From Campylobacterales bacterium (GTDB lineage Bacteria; Campylobacterota; Campylobacteria; Campylobacterales; Sulfurimonadaceae): DNA of 29,517 bases. Position numbers and translations under genes: made by a program. The notes beneath the pieces were generated by a model. That model was given only the letters and a program-made list of their open reading frames with translations, was not told where the DNA came from and did no database searches. Position 1 is the first letter of the stretch. Every line of letters starts with the position of its first letter. The DNA lies in contig JBBRBK010000022.1 in NCBI GenBank assembly GCA_038205935.1, positions 1 through 29,517 of the forward strand. Direction: 5' to 3'. Positions 1-18,298 of this stretch are shown here, one piece after another.

Positions 1-32
1 AATTCGATCATTGTAAAACCAGCTCTTTTCAT
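1..32 (-). CDS. 5' end (partial) of a type IV pilin / pseudopilin-like protein with prepilin N-terminal cleavage-methylation motif
   Basis: Reverse complement of 1-32 reads MKRAGFTMIE(L), matching the class III signal peptide G|FTxxE; AAGGAG lies just upstream; the ORF runs off the window edge. Not in the ORF track. Confidence 0.85.
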   Translation of the reverse strand, partial: MKRAGFTMIE

Positions 33-194
33 AAGAACTCCTTAGTTTAAAAAATTGGGTCACACCAGTAACCTTAAAGGACATTATGAGTTAGATTATC
101 TTAAAGTTATATTAAAGTGACGATACTATTGTAATATTTCAAGTATTCGGTTTTTTTATATAAGCAAATAAGTACAGCGATAATCTAAGAAAAA

Positions 195-211
195 TTGGCA
201 CAACAATTGCT
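195..211 (+). promoter_or_regulatory. sigma54 (RpoN) -24/-12 promoter of flgB
   Basis: TTGGCACAACAATTGCT matches TGGCAC-N5-TTGC exactly, 34 nt before the flgB ATG; flgB is RpoN-dependent in Campylobacter and Helicobacter. Confidence 0.92.
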
Positions 212-244
212 TTTACAGTTATAATAAATAAAAAAGGTTAGCAT

Positions 245-676
245 ATGAGTCTTCAAATATCACAAGCGCGCCCTTTAATGGAACAAGCTCTCAACTACCG
301 ATCTATGCGTCAAGATATGATTGCATCAAATATCGCTAATGCAGACACTCCATTTTATAAACCGCGTGATGTAAGTTTTGAAGCGACACTTGTGCAAAAA
401 CAAAAAGAGGCATTTGGAAGTAGTACGCAAACACTTCAAATGGCAAAAACAGATGGCGAACATCTTGACGCGCTTCCTCAGCTTGATAACTCTACCGCAT
501 CTCTCTTTTTTAGAGATGGACATATGGCGAGAAATGATGGAAATAGCGTGGATATAGACGTAGAAACAACAGAGATGAGTAAAAACTCTACGATGTACAA
601 TGCAGTTATCGCTGCTATGAAAAAAGATGCTAACATGTACAAAAGTGTCATTGATGCATCTGCGAAACTAAGCTAA
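245..676 (+). CDS. flgB: flagellar basal-body rod protein FlgB
   Basis: N-terminal ASNIANADTP motif and C-terminal RNDGNSVDID motif; first gene before flgC. Confidence 0.97.
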   Translation: MSLQISQARPLMEQALNYRSMRQDMIASNIANADTPFYKPRDVSFEATLVQKQKEAFGSSTQTLQMAKTDGEHLDALPQLDNSTASLFFRDGHMARNDGNSVDIDVETTEMSKNSTMYNAVIAAMKKDANMYKSVIDASAKLS

Positions 677-685
677 GGATAGATT

Positions 686-1180
686 ATGGGTAATTTTTTA
701 AGCAGTTTTGATATCAGCGGGTATGGACTTTCAGCTCAAAGAACGCGCGTAAATGTTATCTCTTCAAATATCGCAAATGCACAAACAACTCGTACTGAAG
801 AGGGTGGACCCTACCGTCGTAGAGAAGTAATTTTCAAAGCTATCAACTTTAATGATGCTATCAATACAGCGATCAACAACCAAAATTCTTCAAACAAATA
901 TGAAGATCCTTTGAGTGAAGGACAAGCTGGCCGTAAAGTAAACCCTGCTATAATGACCGTAAAAGTTGATAAAATATCACGTGATGATTCACAGCCTAAA
1001 ATGAAATATGACCCGACAAGTCCTGATGCTGATGCAAAAGGTTATGTTGCGTATCCAAACATTAATCCTGTAGTGGAAATGGCCGATTTAGTGGAAGCGA
1101 CAAGATCGTATCAAGCAAATGTTGCGGCATTTGAGAGTGCTAAAAATATGGCAACTAGCGCCATTTCTCTTTTACAGTAG
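686..1180 (+). CDS. flgC: flagellar basal-body rod protein FlgC
   Basis: SSNIANAQTTRT..GGPYRRR, YDP..PDAD..GYVAYPNIN.VVEMADL..A.RSYQAN. Confidence 0.98.
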   Translation: MGNFLSSFDISGYGLSAQRTRVNVISSNIANAQTTRTEEGGPYRRREVIFKAINFNDAINTAINNQNSSNKYEDPLSEGQAGRKVNPAIMTVKVDKISRDDSQPKMKYDPTSPDADAKGYVAYPNINPVVEMADLVEATRSYQANVAAFESAKNMATSAISLLQ

Positions 1181-1194
1181 ACAAGGAATAAATT

Positions 1195-1497
1195 ATGGCA
1201 ATAACTAGTATCGATGCCCTTTCATCAACAGATATTTTAAAAAATAAATTATCATCAGCGCAAACTCCAAGTACGGGAGATGCTTTCGCTCAGTCACTAA
1301 AATCAGCTATGAATGAAGTAAATGACATGCAAGAAACTAGCGAAAAAGCGATGAGCGACATAGCAACAGGTCAAGTAAAAGATCTTCATCAAGCGGCACT
1401 TGCTATCGATAAAGCGGAAATAAGTATGAAATTGATGCTGGAAGTTAGAAATAAAGCATTGAATGCGTATCAACAAATCAGCCGAACTCAGATGTAA
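1195..1497 (+). CDS. fliE: flagellar hook-basal body protein FliE
   Basis: C-terminal DLHQAALAIDKAE..MKLMLEVRNKAL.AYQQI.R.QM; follows flgC; AAGGA RBS. Confidence 0.96.
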   Translation: MAITSIDALSSTDILKNKLSSAQTPSTGDAFAQSLKSAMNEVNDMQETSEKAMSDIATGQVKDLHQAALAIDKAEISMKLMLEVRNKALNAYQQISRTQM

Positions 1498-1511
1498 GTA
1501 ACCCGTTTTTA

Positions 1512-3320
1512 ATGCATAGTATTTCTTACAGAACAAAATCAAAAAAGACTTTTTTACTTTTTTCACTTATCGCACTCGGTTTTATCGTCTTTTTAAGCGT
1601 AATGCTTTTTACTGCCATCAATCCTCGTGAAATTCCTTCACTTTTCACCTCTGAAACATCTGTGGCTAAACGAGGAAGCATTATCAGTGCTGATGGATTT
1701 CATCTTGCCACTACACAAAAACTTTATAAAGCGATAGTCAATACCAACTTTATAGATCCAAATAAGATGGATCTTTTCATTCAGCTTTACAGCATATATA
1801 GTAATGTCGATCCACAAACTGTGAAAGCTCTTTTAAGCAAAAAAAATGGGATTGTCGTTTTAAGCTATAACCTTAATTCCAAACAAGCGCAGTCTCTTAA
1901 AAATCTCGGCTTTGAGTTAAGAAGATATAAGGTGTTTGTAGAGAAAGAAAATCCTACAACACATACTCGTATCACACAGGGTCTTAGTATCATTGAAAGT
2001 GGAGAAGCTAGAATATATCCTTATGGAACTCTGCTTACACCTGTCATAGGATATCCACATAAAATAGAAGAAGACGGTTATACCAAAATACGCGGTGTAA
2101 AAGGCATTGAAAAACGGTATGAAGATGAACTTTCATCCAAGCAAGATGCAAAACAGTTTGCTCCGCGCGATGTTAATAACTATATGATACTCAATAAAGA
2201 CAGCTATACTAAAGCGCAAACAGATGGCTTGGATGTAAAATTAAACATCCCCGTTGTGCTTCAAATAAAAATAGAAAATATTTTAGACAAGATGAAAGCA
2301 AAACTCAACGCTGAGCATATTATGATAGTTGTCATGTCATCAAAAGATGGCAAAATTTTATCACTTGCGAGTTCAAATAGATTTCTTCCACAAAATATAC
2401 AAAAACAGGATTATCCTTCGCTTAATACTTGGGCTATCGAGTATGCTTTTGAACCTGGTTCAGTTATCAAACCGTTGACATTTACTCTTTTACTAGAAAA
2501 ACATCTCATCAATCCTTATGATATGGTCAATGGTCATGGAGGAAAATTTCAAATGGGTAGAAAAGTGATCACGGATGAGCATAAGTTTGATATGCTCAGC
2601 GCTGAAGATGTCATCGTCTACTCATCAAATATTGGTATGGCGCAACTTGCACAAAAACTTACAGGAATGGACTTCTATGAAGGACTTTCCAATTTTGGAC
2701 TTGCACACAAAACCAATATCGATCTTTCTTACGAAAAAGAGGGACAAATTCCTAACTCATCACAACTCAGCGATGAAATATACAAGGCAACCGCATCTTA
2801 TGGATATGGGATGAAAGTGACACTGATGCAACTTGTCAATGCCTATAATGCTTTTAATAACAACGGAAAAGAGGTCGCGCCGATATTAGTAGATTCACTG
2901 ATCGATAAATTTGGCAAAGTGACTCCGATTCCTATTGATCCTGGCAAACAAGTTATTGATCCTACAACAGCAAGTATGATGAAAAAAATTCTTATAAAAA
3001 CTGTTATGGAAGGAACTGGAACAAAGGCGATCACTCCCGGCTTAGAAATAGGCGGAAAGACTGGAACTGCGCATATCGTAGAATCAGGATCGTATGTTGC
3101 TAAGTACAATACTTCGTTTGTAGGTTTTGCAAATGATGGAAAAAATAGCTATACAATAGGTGTTGTTGTCATTCAGCCAAAAGGTGAGTACTTTGCTGCA
3201 CAGACATCTGTACCTATCTTTAAACAAATCATTGATACTATGGTTGAAGAAAAATACTTAAAGCCAAATATTGTCCAACAGCCGAGTGACGCCAACAACA
3301 GCCTCCACCAAAATCACTGA
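1512..3320 (+). CDS. ftsI: class B penicillin-binding protein (FtsI/PBP3-type peptidoglycan D,D-transpeptidase)
   Basis: N-terminal TM anchor, RGSIISADG, R.YPYG, transpeptidase motifs SVIK (SxxK), SSN (SxN) and KTGT. The flgB-flgC-fliE-pbp order is known from Campylobacter and Helicobacter. Confidence 0.9.
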   Translation: MHSISYRTKSKKTFLLFSLIALGFIVFLSVMLFTAINPREIPSLFTSETSVAKRGSIISADGFHLATTQKLYKAIVNTNFIDPNKMDLFIQLYSIYSNVDPQTVKALLSKKNGIVVLSYNLNSKQAQSLKNLGFELRRYKVFVEKENPTTHTRITQGLSIIESGEARIYPYGTLLTPVIGYPHKIEEDGYTKIRGVKGIEKRYEDELSSKQDAKQFAPRDVNNYMILNKDSYTKAQTDGLDVKLNIPVVLQIKIENILDKMKAKLNAEHIMIVVMSSKDGKILSLASSNRFLPQNIQKQDYPSLNTWAIEYAFEPGSVIKPLTFTLLLEKHLINPYDMVNGHGGKFQMGRKVITDEHKFDMLSAEDVIVYSSNIGMAQLAQKLTGMDFYEGLSNFGLAHKTNIDLSYEKEGQIPNSSQLSDEIYKATASYGYGMKVTLMQLVNAYNAFNNNGKEVAPILVDSLIDKFGKVTPIPIDPGKQVIDPTTASMMKKILIKTVMEGTGTKAITPGLEIGGKTGTAHIVESGSYVAKYNTSFVGFANDGKNSYTIGVVVIQPKGEYFAAQTSVPIFKQIIDTMVEEKYLKPNIVQQPSDANNSLHQNH

Positions 3321-4079
3321 GTTGCCTGTTTCTACTTTTGAAAGCGGGACAAACTCTCGATTTACAATGGCAATATAAGAAACGTCCAGCGGAGCTAAAA
3401 TAAGTTCCATCTCCTTGATGATAATCTCAACATCATATTCCTTTGCTACAACTAAACTCGTCGCCTTTTTTAAAGCTGATGGAATCTTTAATGCTTCAGT
3501 TTTTTCTTGCGCACTCAGGTAGTCATTTCTGCTACTAAGGGCCAATCCTAAACTATCGCGCATCGTTTCAACGGGCACGATATTGACATCCATAAACATC
3601 TGTTTTGCCATTAGAGTTATGAGCTTTAACTGTTGTGCATCTTTTTTTCCAAAATAGGCATTGGTCGGATTTACAATGTTAAGAAGTTTCATTACAACAG
3701 TTAAAACTCCGCTGAAATGTCCGGGTCGCGTTGCACCTTCTAAGATATAACCGCGCACATTTGGAGCACAAACACTTACTTCATCTTTTTCATACATATC
3801 TTCTACATTTGGATAAAAAAGATAATCGACTCCAGCGAGTTCACAAACACGTTTGTCTGCTTGTTCTCGTCTTGGATATTTCTCTAAATCTTCACCTTTT
3901 AAAAACTGGGTAGGATTTACAAAGATAGAGACAACTACAATCTCATTTTCTTCTTTTGCTTTTTTTATCAACGACAGATGTCCGTTGTGAAGTGCGCCCA
4001 TTGTAGGAATGAAACCAATGCTTACATGTAAAGCTCTTAGCTCATTTCTTAGCGCGTTGGGGGATTGAAAAACTCTCAT
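3258..4079 (-). CDS. panC: pantoate--beta-alanine ligase (pantothenate synthetase)
   Basis: GFIPTMGALHNGH, VSIFVNPTQF, RPGHF.GV, FGKKDAQQ, LALSSRN, RLLDN. Start moved from 4142 to the ATG at 4079 (MRVFQ, preceded by GAGG), which avoids overlap with prfB. Confidence 0.96.
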   Translation of the reverse strand: MRVFQSPNALRNELRALHVSIGFIPTMGALHNGHLSLIKKAKEENEIVVVSIFVNPTQFLKGEDLEKYPRREQADKRVCELAGVDYLFYPNVEDMYEKDEVSVCAPNVRGYILEGATRPGHFSGVLTVVMKLLNIVNPTNAYFGKKDAQQLKLITLMAKQMFMDVNIVPVETMRDSLGLALSSRNDYLSAQEKTEALKIPSALKKATSLVVAKEYDVEIIIKEMELILAPLDVSYIAIVNREFVPLSKVETGNSVILVEAVVGVTRLLDNIWL

Positions 4080-4134
4080 TTTTAAGCCTCTATAATATAT
4101 AATCACAATTATACTATATGACTGGATAGAACTT

Positions 4135-5235
4135 ATGGACAATTATGAATATACAGAACTTTTAAAAACATTACAACTAAAAATGAAAAATATTGCGGGC
4201 GTTGTTGAACCAAAAAAGATTGAAGCAAAACTCCAAGAAATAAAAGAGATGGAAAATGATCAGGATTTTTGGAATGACGCGGCAAACGCAGCGGTCGTAC
4301 AAAAAGAAAAAACTCAACTGGAACGAAAATTAGAAAGATATCAAGACGCTTTTGCTGCTGTTACTGATGCTGCTGAGCTTTATGATATGGCACAAGATGA
4401 GAGTGATGAAGAAACTGTAGAAACACTTTTTAAAGAGTCAAGTGATCTTGAAAATTATGTAAGACAGATGGAAATCAGTGTTTTACTCAGCGGTGAAACA
4501 GATGGAAATAATGCCATACTTTCCATTCACCCTGGAGCTGGTGGAACAGAGTCACAAGACTGGGCTTCTATGCTTCTTAGAATGTATACAAGATGGGCTG
4601 AGAGACACGGATTTAAAGTAGAAACGCTCGATTATCAAAATGGTGAGGAAGCTGGTATTAAAGATGCGTCTATCTTGATCTCGGGTGAAAATGCTTATGG
4701 ATACCTCAAAGTTGAAAGTGGGATTCATCGTCTTGTTCGTATCTCTCCGTTTGACTCAAATGCAAAGCGTCATACTTCTTTTACTTCAGTTGTTGTTTCA
4801 CCGGAAATCGATGACAACATTAACATCGTTATAGAAGATAAAGACATACGTATAGATACCTATCGTGCTTCAGGTGCTGGTGGTCAGCATGTCAATAAAA
4901 CAGAATCAGCAATCCGTATCACCCACATAGCAACTGGCGTCGTTGTGCAGTGTCAAAACGATAGAAGTCAGCATAAAAATAAAGCTTTTGCGATGAAAAT
5001 GTTAAAATCACGTTTGTATGAATATGAACTAGAGATTCAAAAAGCGAAAGAAGCGGGAATCGAGAAAAGTGAAATTGGCTGGGGTCACCAAATACGTTCT
5101 TATGTGCTTCAACCTTATCAGCAGGTTAAAGATACTCGCAGTAATGAAGCATTCAGCAATGTCAGCGCTATCTTGGATGGAGATATTGATGCTATGATTG
5201 AAGGTGTTCTCATAGCACAAAATCGATCTTCATAA
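4135..5235 (+). CDS. prfB: peptide chain release factor 2 (single uninterrupted ORF)
   Basis: [14 protein letters not shown] stop-codon recognition motif, GGQ catalytic motif, WGHQIRSYV. Confidence 0.98.
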   Translation: MDNYEYTELLKTLQLKMKNIAGVVEPKKIEAKLQEIKEMENDQDFWNDAANAAVVQKEKTQLERKLERYQDAFAAVTDAAELYDMAQDESDEETVETLFKESSDLENYVRQMEISVLLSGETDGNNAILSIHPGAGGTESQDWASMLLRMYTRWAERHGFKVETLDYQNGEEAGIKDASILISGENAYGYLKVESGIHRLVRISPFDSNAKRHTSFTSVVVSPEIDDNINIVIEDKDIRIDTYRASGAGGQHVNKTESAIRITHIATGVVVQCQNDRSQHKNKAFAMKMLKSRLYEYELEIQKAKEAGIEKSEIGWGHQIRSYVLQPYQQVKDTRSNEAFSNVSAILDGDIDAMIEGVLIAQNRSS

Positions 5236-5260
5236 GTTATTTTTAGAATAAAATACCCGA

Positions 5261-5974
5261 ATGAAATTACTAAGTGAATGTACATTTACCGATAAATGCT
5301 CTTATCTCAAAGATAAGCAGCAAACTGCCCACTACAAAATACTCTCAGAGTGTAGCACTGCGTATTGCAGCACTCTCGTACAAAGAGGATGGAGAAGATT
5401 TGGAAAGATGTTTTTTAGACCGATATGTGCAGATTGTCAAGAGTGTCAAAGCATAAAAATTGATGTAATAAACTATAATTTTTCAAAATCTGAAAGAAGA
5501 ATTATCAAAAAAAATACTAATATGAGATCTATTATTCAAACACCAACGGTCAGTTATGAACATATCAATTTATTTAATAAATATCATGATTATATGCATG
5601 AAAATAAAAAGTGGGATAATAATCAAACCGACATTAAAAGTTACTATACCTCTTTTGTGTCTGGGCATGATAATTTTGGATATGAAATCTTATATTATGA
5701 TGAAGATAAACTTATTGGAGTTGATCTTATTGATATCTTAGAAGATGGTATCTCATCAATTTACTTTTATTATGACCCAGAGTATAGACATCTTTCCCTT
5801 GGTAAATACTCACTATACAGACAAATAAATCTAGCCAAAGTGCTGAAAAAACCTTGGATATATCTTGGATACTATGTAAAAGATTGTCCGAGTTTATCTT
5901 ATAAAAATCAGTTCTCTCCGTATGTGATACTGCAAAACCGTCCAACGGATTTAGAAGAAAATATTTGGAATTAA
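5261..5974 (+). CDS. Ate/Bpt-family aminoacyl-tRNA--protein transferase (annotated arginyltransferase; Asp/Glu leucyltransferase in bacteria)
   Basis: CSYL, GWRRFG..FFRP.C..C..C, GISSIYFYYDP, SLG.YS, YLGYYVKDC.SL.YK motifs of the ATE_N/ATE_C family. Confidence 0.9.
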   Translation: MKLLSECTFTDKCSYLKDKQQTAHYKILSECSTAYCSTLVQRGWRRFGKMFFRPICADCQECQSIKIDVINYNFSKSERRIIKKNTNMRSIIQTPTVSYEHINLFNKYHDYMHENKKWDNNQTDIKSYYTSFVSGHDNFGYEILYYDEDKLIGVDLIDILEDGISSIYFYYDPEYRHLSLGKYSLYRQINLAKVLKKPWIYLGYYVKDCPSLSYKNQFSPYVILQNRPTDLEENIWN

Positions 5975-5993
5975 AAACATTAAACTAAAAAGA

Positions 5994-6008
5994 TTACATG
6001 TAAGCGTT
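5994..6008. repeat. palindromic repeat copy TTACATGTAAGCGTT
   Basis: Identical 15-mer at 9397-9411; core 10-bp palindrome TTACATGTAA. Confidence 0.8.
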
Positions 6009-6074
6009 AAGTAGGAAAATTGAGGAAAAGAAATGAACTTAGTATTGCCCCAAAAAGGGACAAAAAGTGAAAGA

Positions 6075-8165
6075 CTAGCCGTTACGTTTTTTGATAATTT
6101 CTTCAGAAACGTTTCTTGGAACTTCTTCGTAATGGTGGAATTCCATAGAATAAGTACCACGTCCTTGTGTAGATGAACGAAGGTCAGTTGAGTAACCAAA
6201 CATTTCAGATAATGGAACATAAGCATCAACTATTTTGTTTCCAGAACGATCACCCATATTGTTGATCTGTCCACGACGACGGTTAAGGTCACCGATAACA
6301 TCTCCCATATAATCTTCAGGAACTTCAACTTCAACTTTCATCAACGGTTCAAGAATCGCAGCACCTGCTTTTCTACAACCCTCTTTGAATCCCATTGAAG
6401 CAGCAAGTTTAAACGCCATCTCATTTGAGTCAACTTCGTGGTATGAACCATCATAAACTGAAACTTCGATATCTTCAAGTGGATAACCCGCAAGAACACC
6501 GCCTTGCATTGCTTCTACGATACCTTTTTCAATTGCAGGTACATATTCTTTTGGAATAACCCCACCTTTGATATCATTAGTAAATTTGAATCCGCCACCA
6601 GCTTCATTTGGTTTGATACGTAAAAATACGTGACCAAATTGTCCACGACCACCTGATTGTTTTGCGTATTTATACTCTTGAGTTACTTCTGATTTGATCG
6701 CTTCACGGTAAGAAACTTGTGGAGCACCAACTTCAGCTTCAACTTTGAACTCACGCTTCATACGGTCAACGATGATCTCAAGGTGAAGCTCACCCATTCC
6801 TGAAATAATAGTCTGACCAGTTTCTTCGTCAGTGTGAACACGGAACGAAGGATCTTCCGCAGCAAGTTTACTAAGCGCTAGACCCATTTTTTCTTGGTCA
6901 GCTTTAGTTTTTGGCTCAACTGCAACAGAGATAACCGGCTCAGGGAAAACCATACGCTCTAGGATTACTTTATCGTCTTCACTACATAAAGTATCACCTG
7001 TTGTTGAATATTTTAAACCAACAACTGCGCCGATTTCACCAGCGAAAATCTCTTTTACTTCTTCACGTTTAATCGCATGCATTTTTACGATACGACCGAT
7101 ACGCTCTCTTTTATCTTTTGTAGTGTTATGTACAAATGAACCCGCTTCTAATGAACCACGGTAAACACGGATAAAAGTTAAAGTTCCAACAAATGGATCT
7201 GTCATGATTTTAAAAGCTAGCGCTGCAAATTTTCCATCATCAGTTGAAGGAACAATTACTTCGATTTCTTCATCATCCATCATCGTACCCTTAATCGGAG
7301 CACATTCAGTTGGAGATGGAAGGTATGCAACAACAGCGTCAAGTAAAGTTTGAACACCTTTGTTTTTAAATGCAGTTCCAGCAGTCATTGGAACGATTTC
7401 CATAGCTAATGTTGCTGCTTTGATACCAGCGATGATCTCTTCTTCAGTTAATGCAACACCTTCAAGAAATTTTTCCATCAACTCTTCGTTACCATCAACG
7501 CCAGAGATTGACTCGATCATTTTTTCGCGATATTCATTTGCTTTGTCAACCATATCAGCTGGAATCTCTTCAACATGGTAGTTTGAACCCATTGCAGCAT
7601 CTAAATCCCAAACAATAGCTTTCATTTTTACAAGGTCAACAATACCTGTAAATGTATCTTCTGCACCGATTGGAAGTTGTATAGGAACCGGATTACCTTT
7701 TAGACGATCACGAATTTGACCTTCAACGTTATAAAAGTCTGCACCAGTTCTATCCATTTTGTTAACAAATACGATTGATGGTACGCCATAACGATTTCTT
7801 TGTCTCCAAACTGTTTCTGATTGTGGTTGAACACCACCAACAGCACAGAAAACTGAAACAGCTCCATCAAGTACACGCATAGAACGCTCAACTTCAATTG
7901 TAAAGTCAACGTGGCCCGGAGTATCGATAATATTTATCTGTTTACCTTCCCATTCACAAGTTGTAGCAGCAGAAGTAATTGTAATACCTCTTTCTTGTTC
8001 TTGTTCCATCCAGTCCATAGTAGCAGCGCCATCATGAACCTCTCCGATTTTATGTTCAACACCTGTATAGAATAAAATACGTTCTGTTGTTGTTGTTTTT
8101 CCTGCATCAATGTGTGCAGCAATACCGATATTTCTTACATCTTCTAGCTTGTGTGATCTTGCCAT
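6075..8165 (-). CDS. fusA: elongation factor G
   Basis: [44 protein letters not shown]; downstream of rpsG. Confidence 0.99.
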   Translation of the reverse strand: MARSHKLEDVRNIGIAAHIDAGKTTTTERILFYTGVEHKIGEVHDGAATMDWMEQEQERGITITSAATTCEWEGKQINIIDTPGHVDFTIEVERSMRVLDGAVSVFCAVGGVQPQSETVWRQRNRYGVPSIVFVNKMDRTGADFYNVEGQIRDRLKGNPVPIQLPIGAEDTFTGIVDLVKMKAIVWDLDAAMGSNYHVEEIPADMVDKANEYREKMIESISGVDGNEELMEKFLEGVALTEEEIIAGIKAATLAMEIVPMTAGTAFKNKGVQTLLDAVVAYLPSPTECAPIKGTMMDDEEIEVIVPSTDDGKFAALAFKIMTDPFVGTLTFIRVYRGSLEAGSFVHNTTKDKRERIGRIVKMHAIKREEVKEIFAGEIGAVVGLKYSTTGDTLCSEDDKVILERMVFPEPVISVAVEPKTKADQEKMGLALSKLAAEDPSFRVHTDEETGQTIISGMGELHLEIIVDRMKREFKVEAEVGAPQVSYREAIKSEVTQEYKYAKQSGGRGQFGHVFLRIKPNEAGGGFKFTNDIKGGVIPKEYVPAIEKGIVEAMQGGVLAGYPLEDIEVSVYDGSYHEVDSNEMAFKLAASMGFKEGCRKAGAAILEPLMKVEVEVPEDYMGDVIGDLNRRRGQINNMGDRSGNKIVDAYVPLSEMFGYSTDLRSSTQGRGTYSMEFHHYEEVPRNVSEEIIKKRNG

Positions 8166-8203
8166 ATTATTACCTTAAAAAAAACTTTGATTTTGAAGAG
8201 CTG

Positions 8204-8278
8204 AACCTCTTTCCTAAAAAGAAGATTTCATCTTAGAAAAGAGGTTTACATGTAGGAACTTCACACAAGGTGAAGTTC
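8204..8278 (-). other. two RNA hairpins flanking a TACATGTA palindrome in the rpsG-fusA spacer
   Basis: Stem 8204-8217/8233-8246 (14 bp, one G-U on the sense strand); TACATGTA at 8247-8254; stem GAACTTCAC/GTGAAGTTC at 8256-8278. Confidence 0.7.
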
Positions 8279-8293
8279 AACAAAAAGTAGATA

Positions 8294-8764
<471 letters not shown>

Positions 8765-8861
8765 TTATTTTCCTTATCTTCAATTTTTGTCAAATTTACT
8801 CAAAACATTTCTGTCCTGTGCTCGCTTGAATCTTTTTTTGTGACAATCTCAAGTTTTGAGA

Positions 8862-9242
8862 TTATTTAGCAGCTTTTGGTTTCTTAGTTCCGTATTTAGA
8901 ACGAGCAACTTTACGATCTTTAACACCAGCACTATCTAACGCACCACGTACGATATGATACTTAACACCCGGTAAATCTTTAATACGACCACCGCGAACT
9001 AGTACTATTGAGTGTTCTTGAAGGTTGTGACCCTCTCCACCGATATATGAAATAACTTCAAAACCTGAAGTTAGACGAACTTTTGCTACTTTACGTAGAG
9101 CCGAGTTAGGTTTTTTTGGTGTAGTAGTGTAAACACGAGTACAAACACCACGACGTTGTGGACACGAAACAAGCGCAGGTGATTTAGATTTTTTAACCAC
9201 TTTTTTACGCTCATTACGAATCAATTGGTTGATTGTAGGCAT
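8862..9242 (-). CDS. rpsL: 30S ribosomal protein S12
   Basis: [41 protein letters not shown]. Confidence 0.99.
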   Translation of the reverse strand: MPTINQLIRNERKKVVKKSKSPALVSCPQRRGVCTRVYTTTPKKPNSALRKVAKVRLTSGFEVISYIGGEGHNLQEHSIVLVRGGRIKDLPGVKYHIVRGALDSAGVKDRKVARSKYGTKKPKAAK

Positions 9243-9319
9243 ACAATTCCTTTCTTAAATGTTCCAGTAGAATTTAATTCTTCCGCATCCGGCAAAGATG
9301 AGAGAATTATAAACGCGTA

Positions 9320-9356
9320 ATTTTACAGAATAAGCGATTAAAGTTTGCTTATTTTA
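9320..9356 (-). promoter_or_regulatory. candidate sigma70 promoter of the str operon
   Basis: TAAAAT -10-like box (9320-9325) with upstream periodic AT-rich/TAAGC tracts, as in Campylobacterota promoters; an alternative TATAAT lies at 9306-9311. Confidence 0.4.
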
Positions 9357-9396
9357 AGAATATATTAATGTGATGTAAAAAAAGTGGAGAGAATAT

Positions 9397-9428
9397 TTAC
9401 ATGTAAGCGTTTTACACTTACATGTAAG
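9397..9428 (-). terminator. hairpin just after the rpoC stop, built from two TTACATGTAA palindromes
   Basis: TTACATGTAAGCGT-TTT-ACACTTACATGTAA forms a 14-bp stem with one G-U on the sense strand, about 9 nt after the rpoC stop. The U-tract is not adjacent, so terminator function is uncertain. Confidence 0.55.
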
Positions 9429-9436
9429 AAGGTTGA

Positions 9437-18101
<8,665 letters not shown>

Positions 18102-18211
18102 CTACCTCTAAGTAAGTTAGTGCATAATCTATAAAATAGATCATTAATATCGTGTTCAAGCGTCCTTGAACAGAACCATAATTAAAGTTAATATGGATAT
18201 AAACGACAGAA

Positions 18212-18255
18212 AGGCACTTTTATAGTATGACGTAAATCATACCACAAAAGTGCCT
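18212..18255 (-). terminator. long hairpin (candidate attenuator or processing site) between rplL and rpoB
   Basis: Sense strand AGGCACTTTTGTGGTATGA-TTTACG-TCATACTATAAAAGTGCCT gives a 19-bp stem with two G-U pairs, followed by TTCTGTCGTTT. Confidence 0.6.
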
Positions 18256-18298
18256 ATTTCTTTTTTGAAGGCGCAGAGCCTTCAAAGAAATTAAATAA

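Noticed and set aside
4080..4142. N-terminal extension of panC in the ORF track (and similar extensions of rpoC, rplL and tuf)
   Set aside because: Downstream ATGs fit the family N-termini and RBS positions better.
4135..4260. Programmed +1 frameshift in prfB
   Set aside because: The ORF is continuous from MDNYEY and has no CTT-TGA-C slippery site; an unshifted prfB is expected in this lineage.
6045..6063. Terminator between the convergent transferase and fusA genes
   Set aside because: 7-bp stem with a wobble and no U-tract downstream in either direction; too weak to call.
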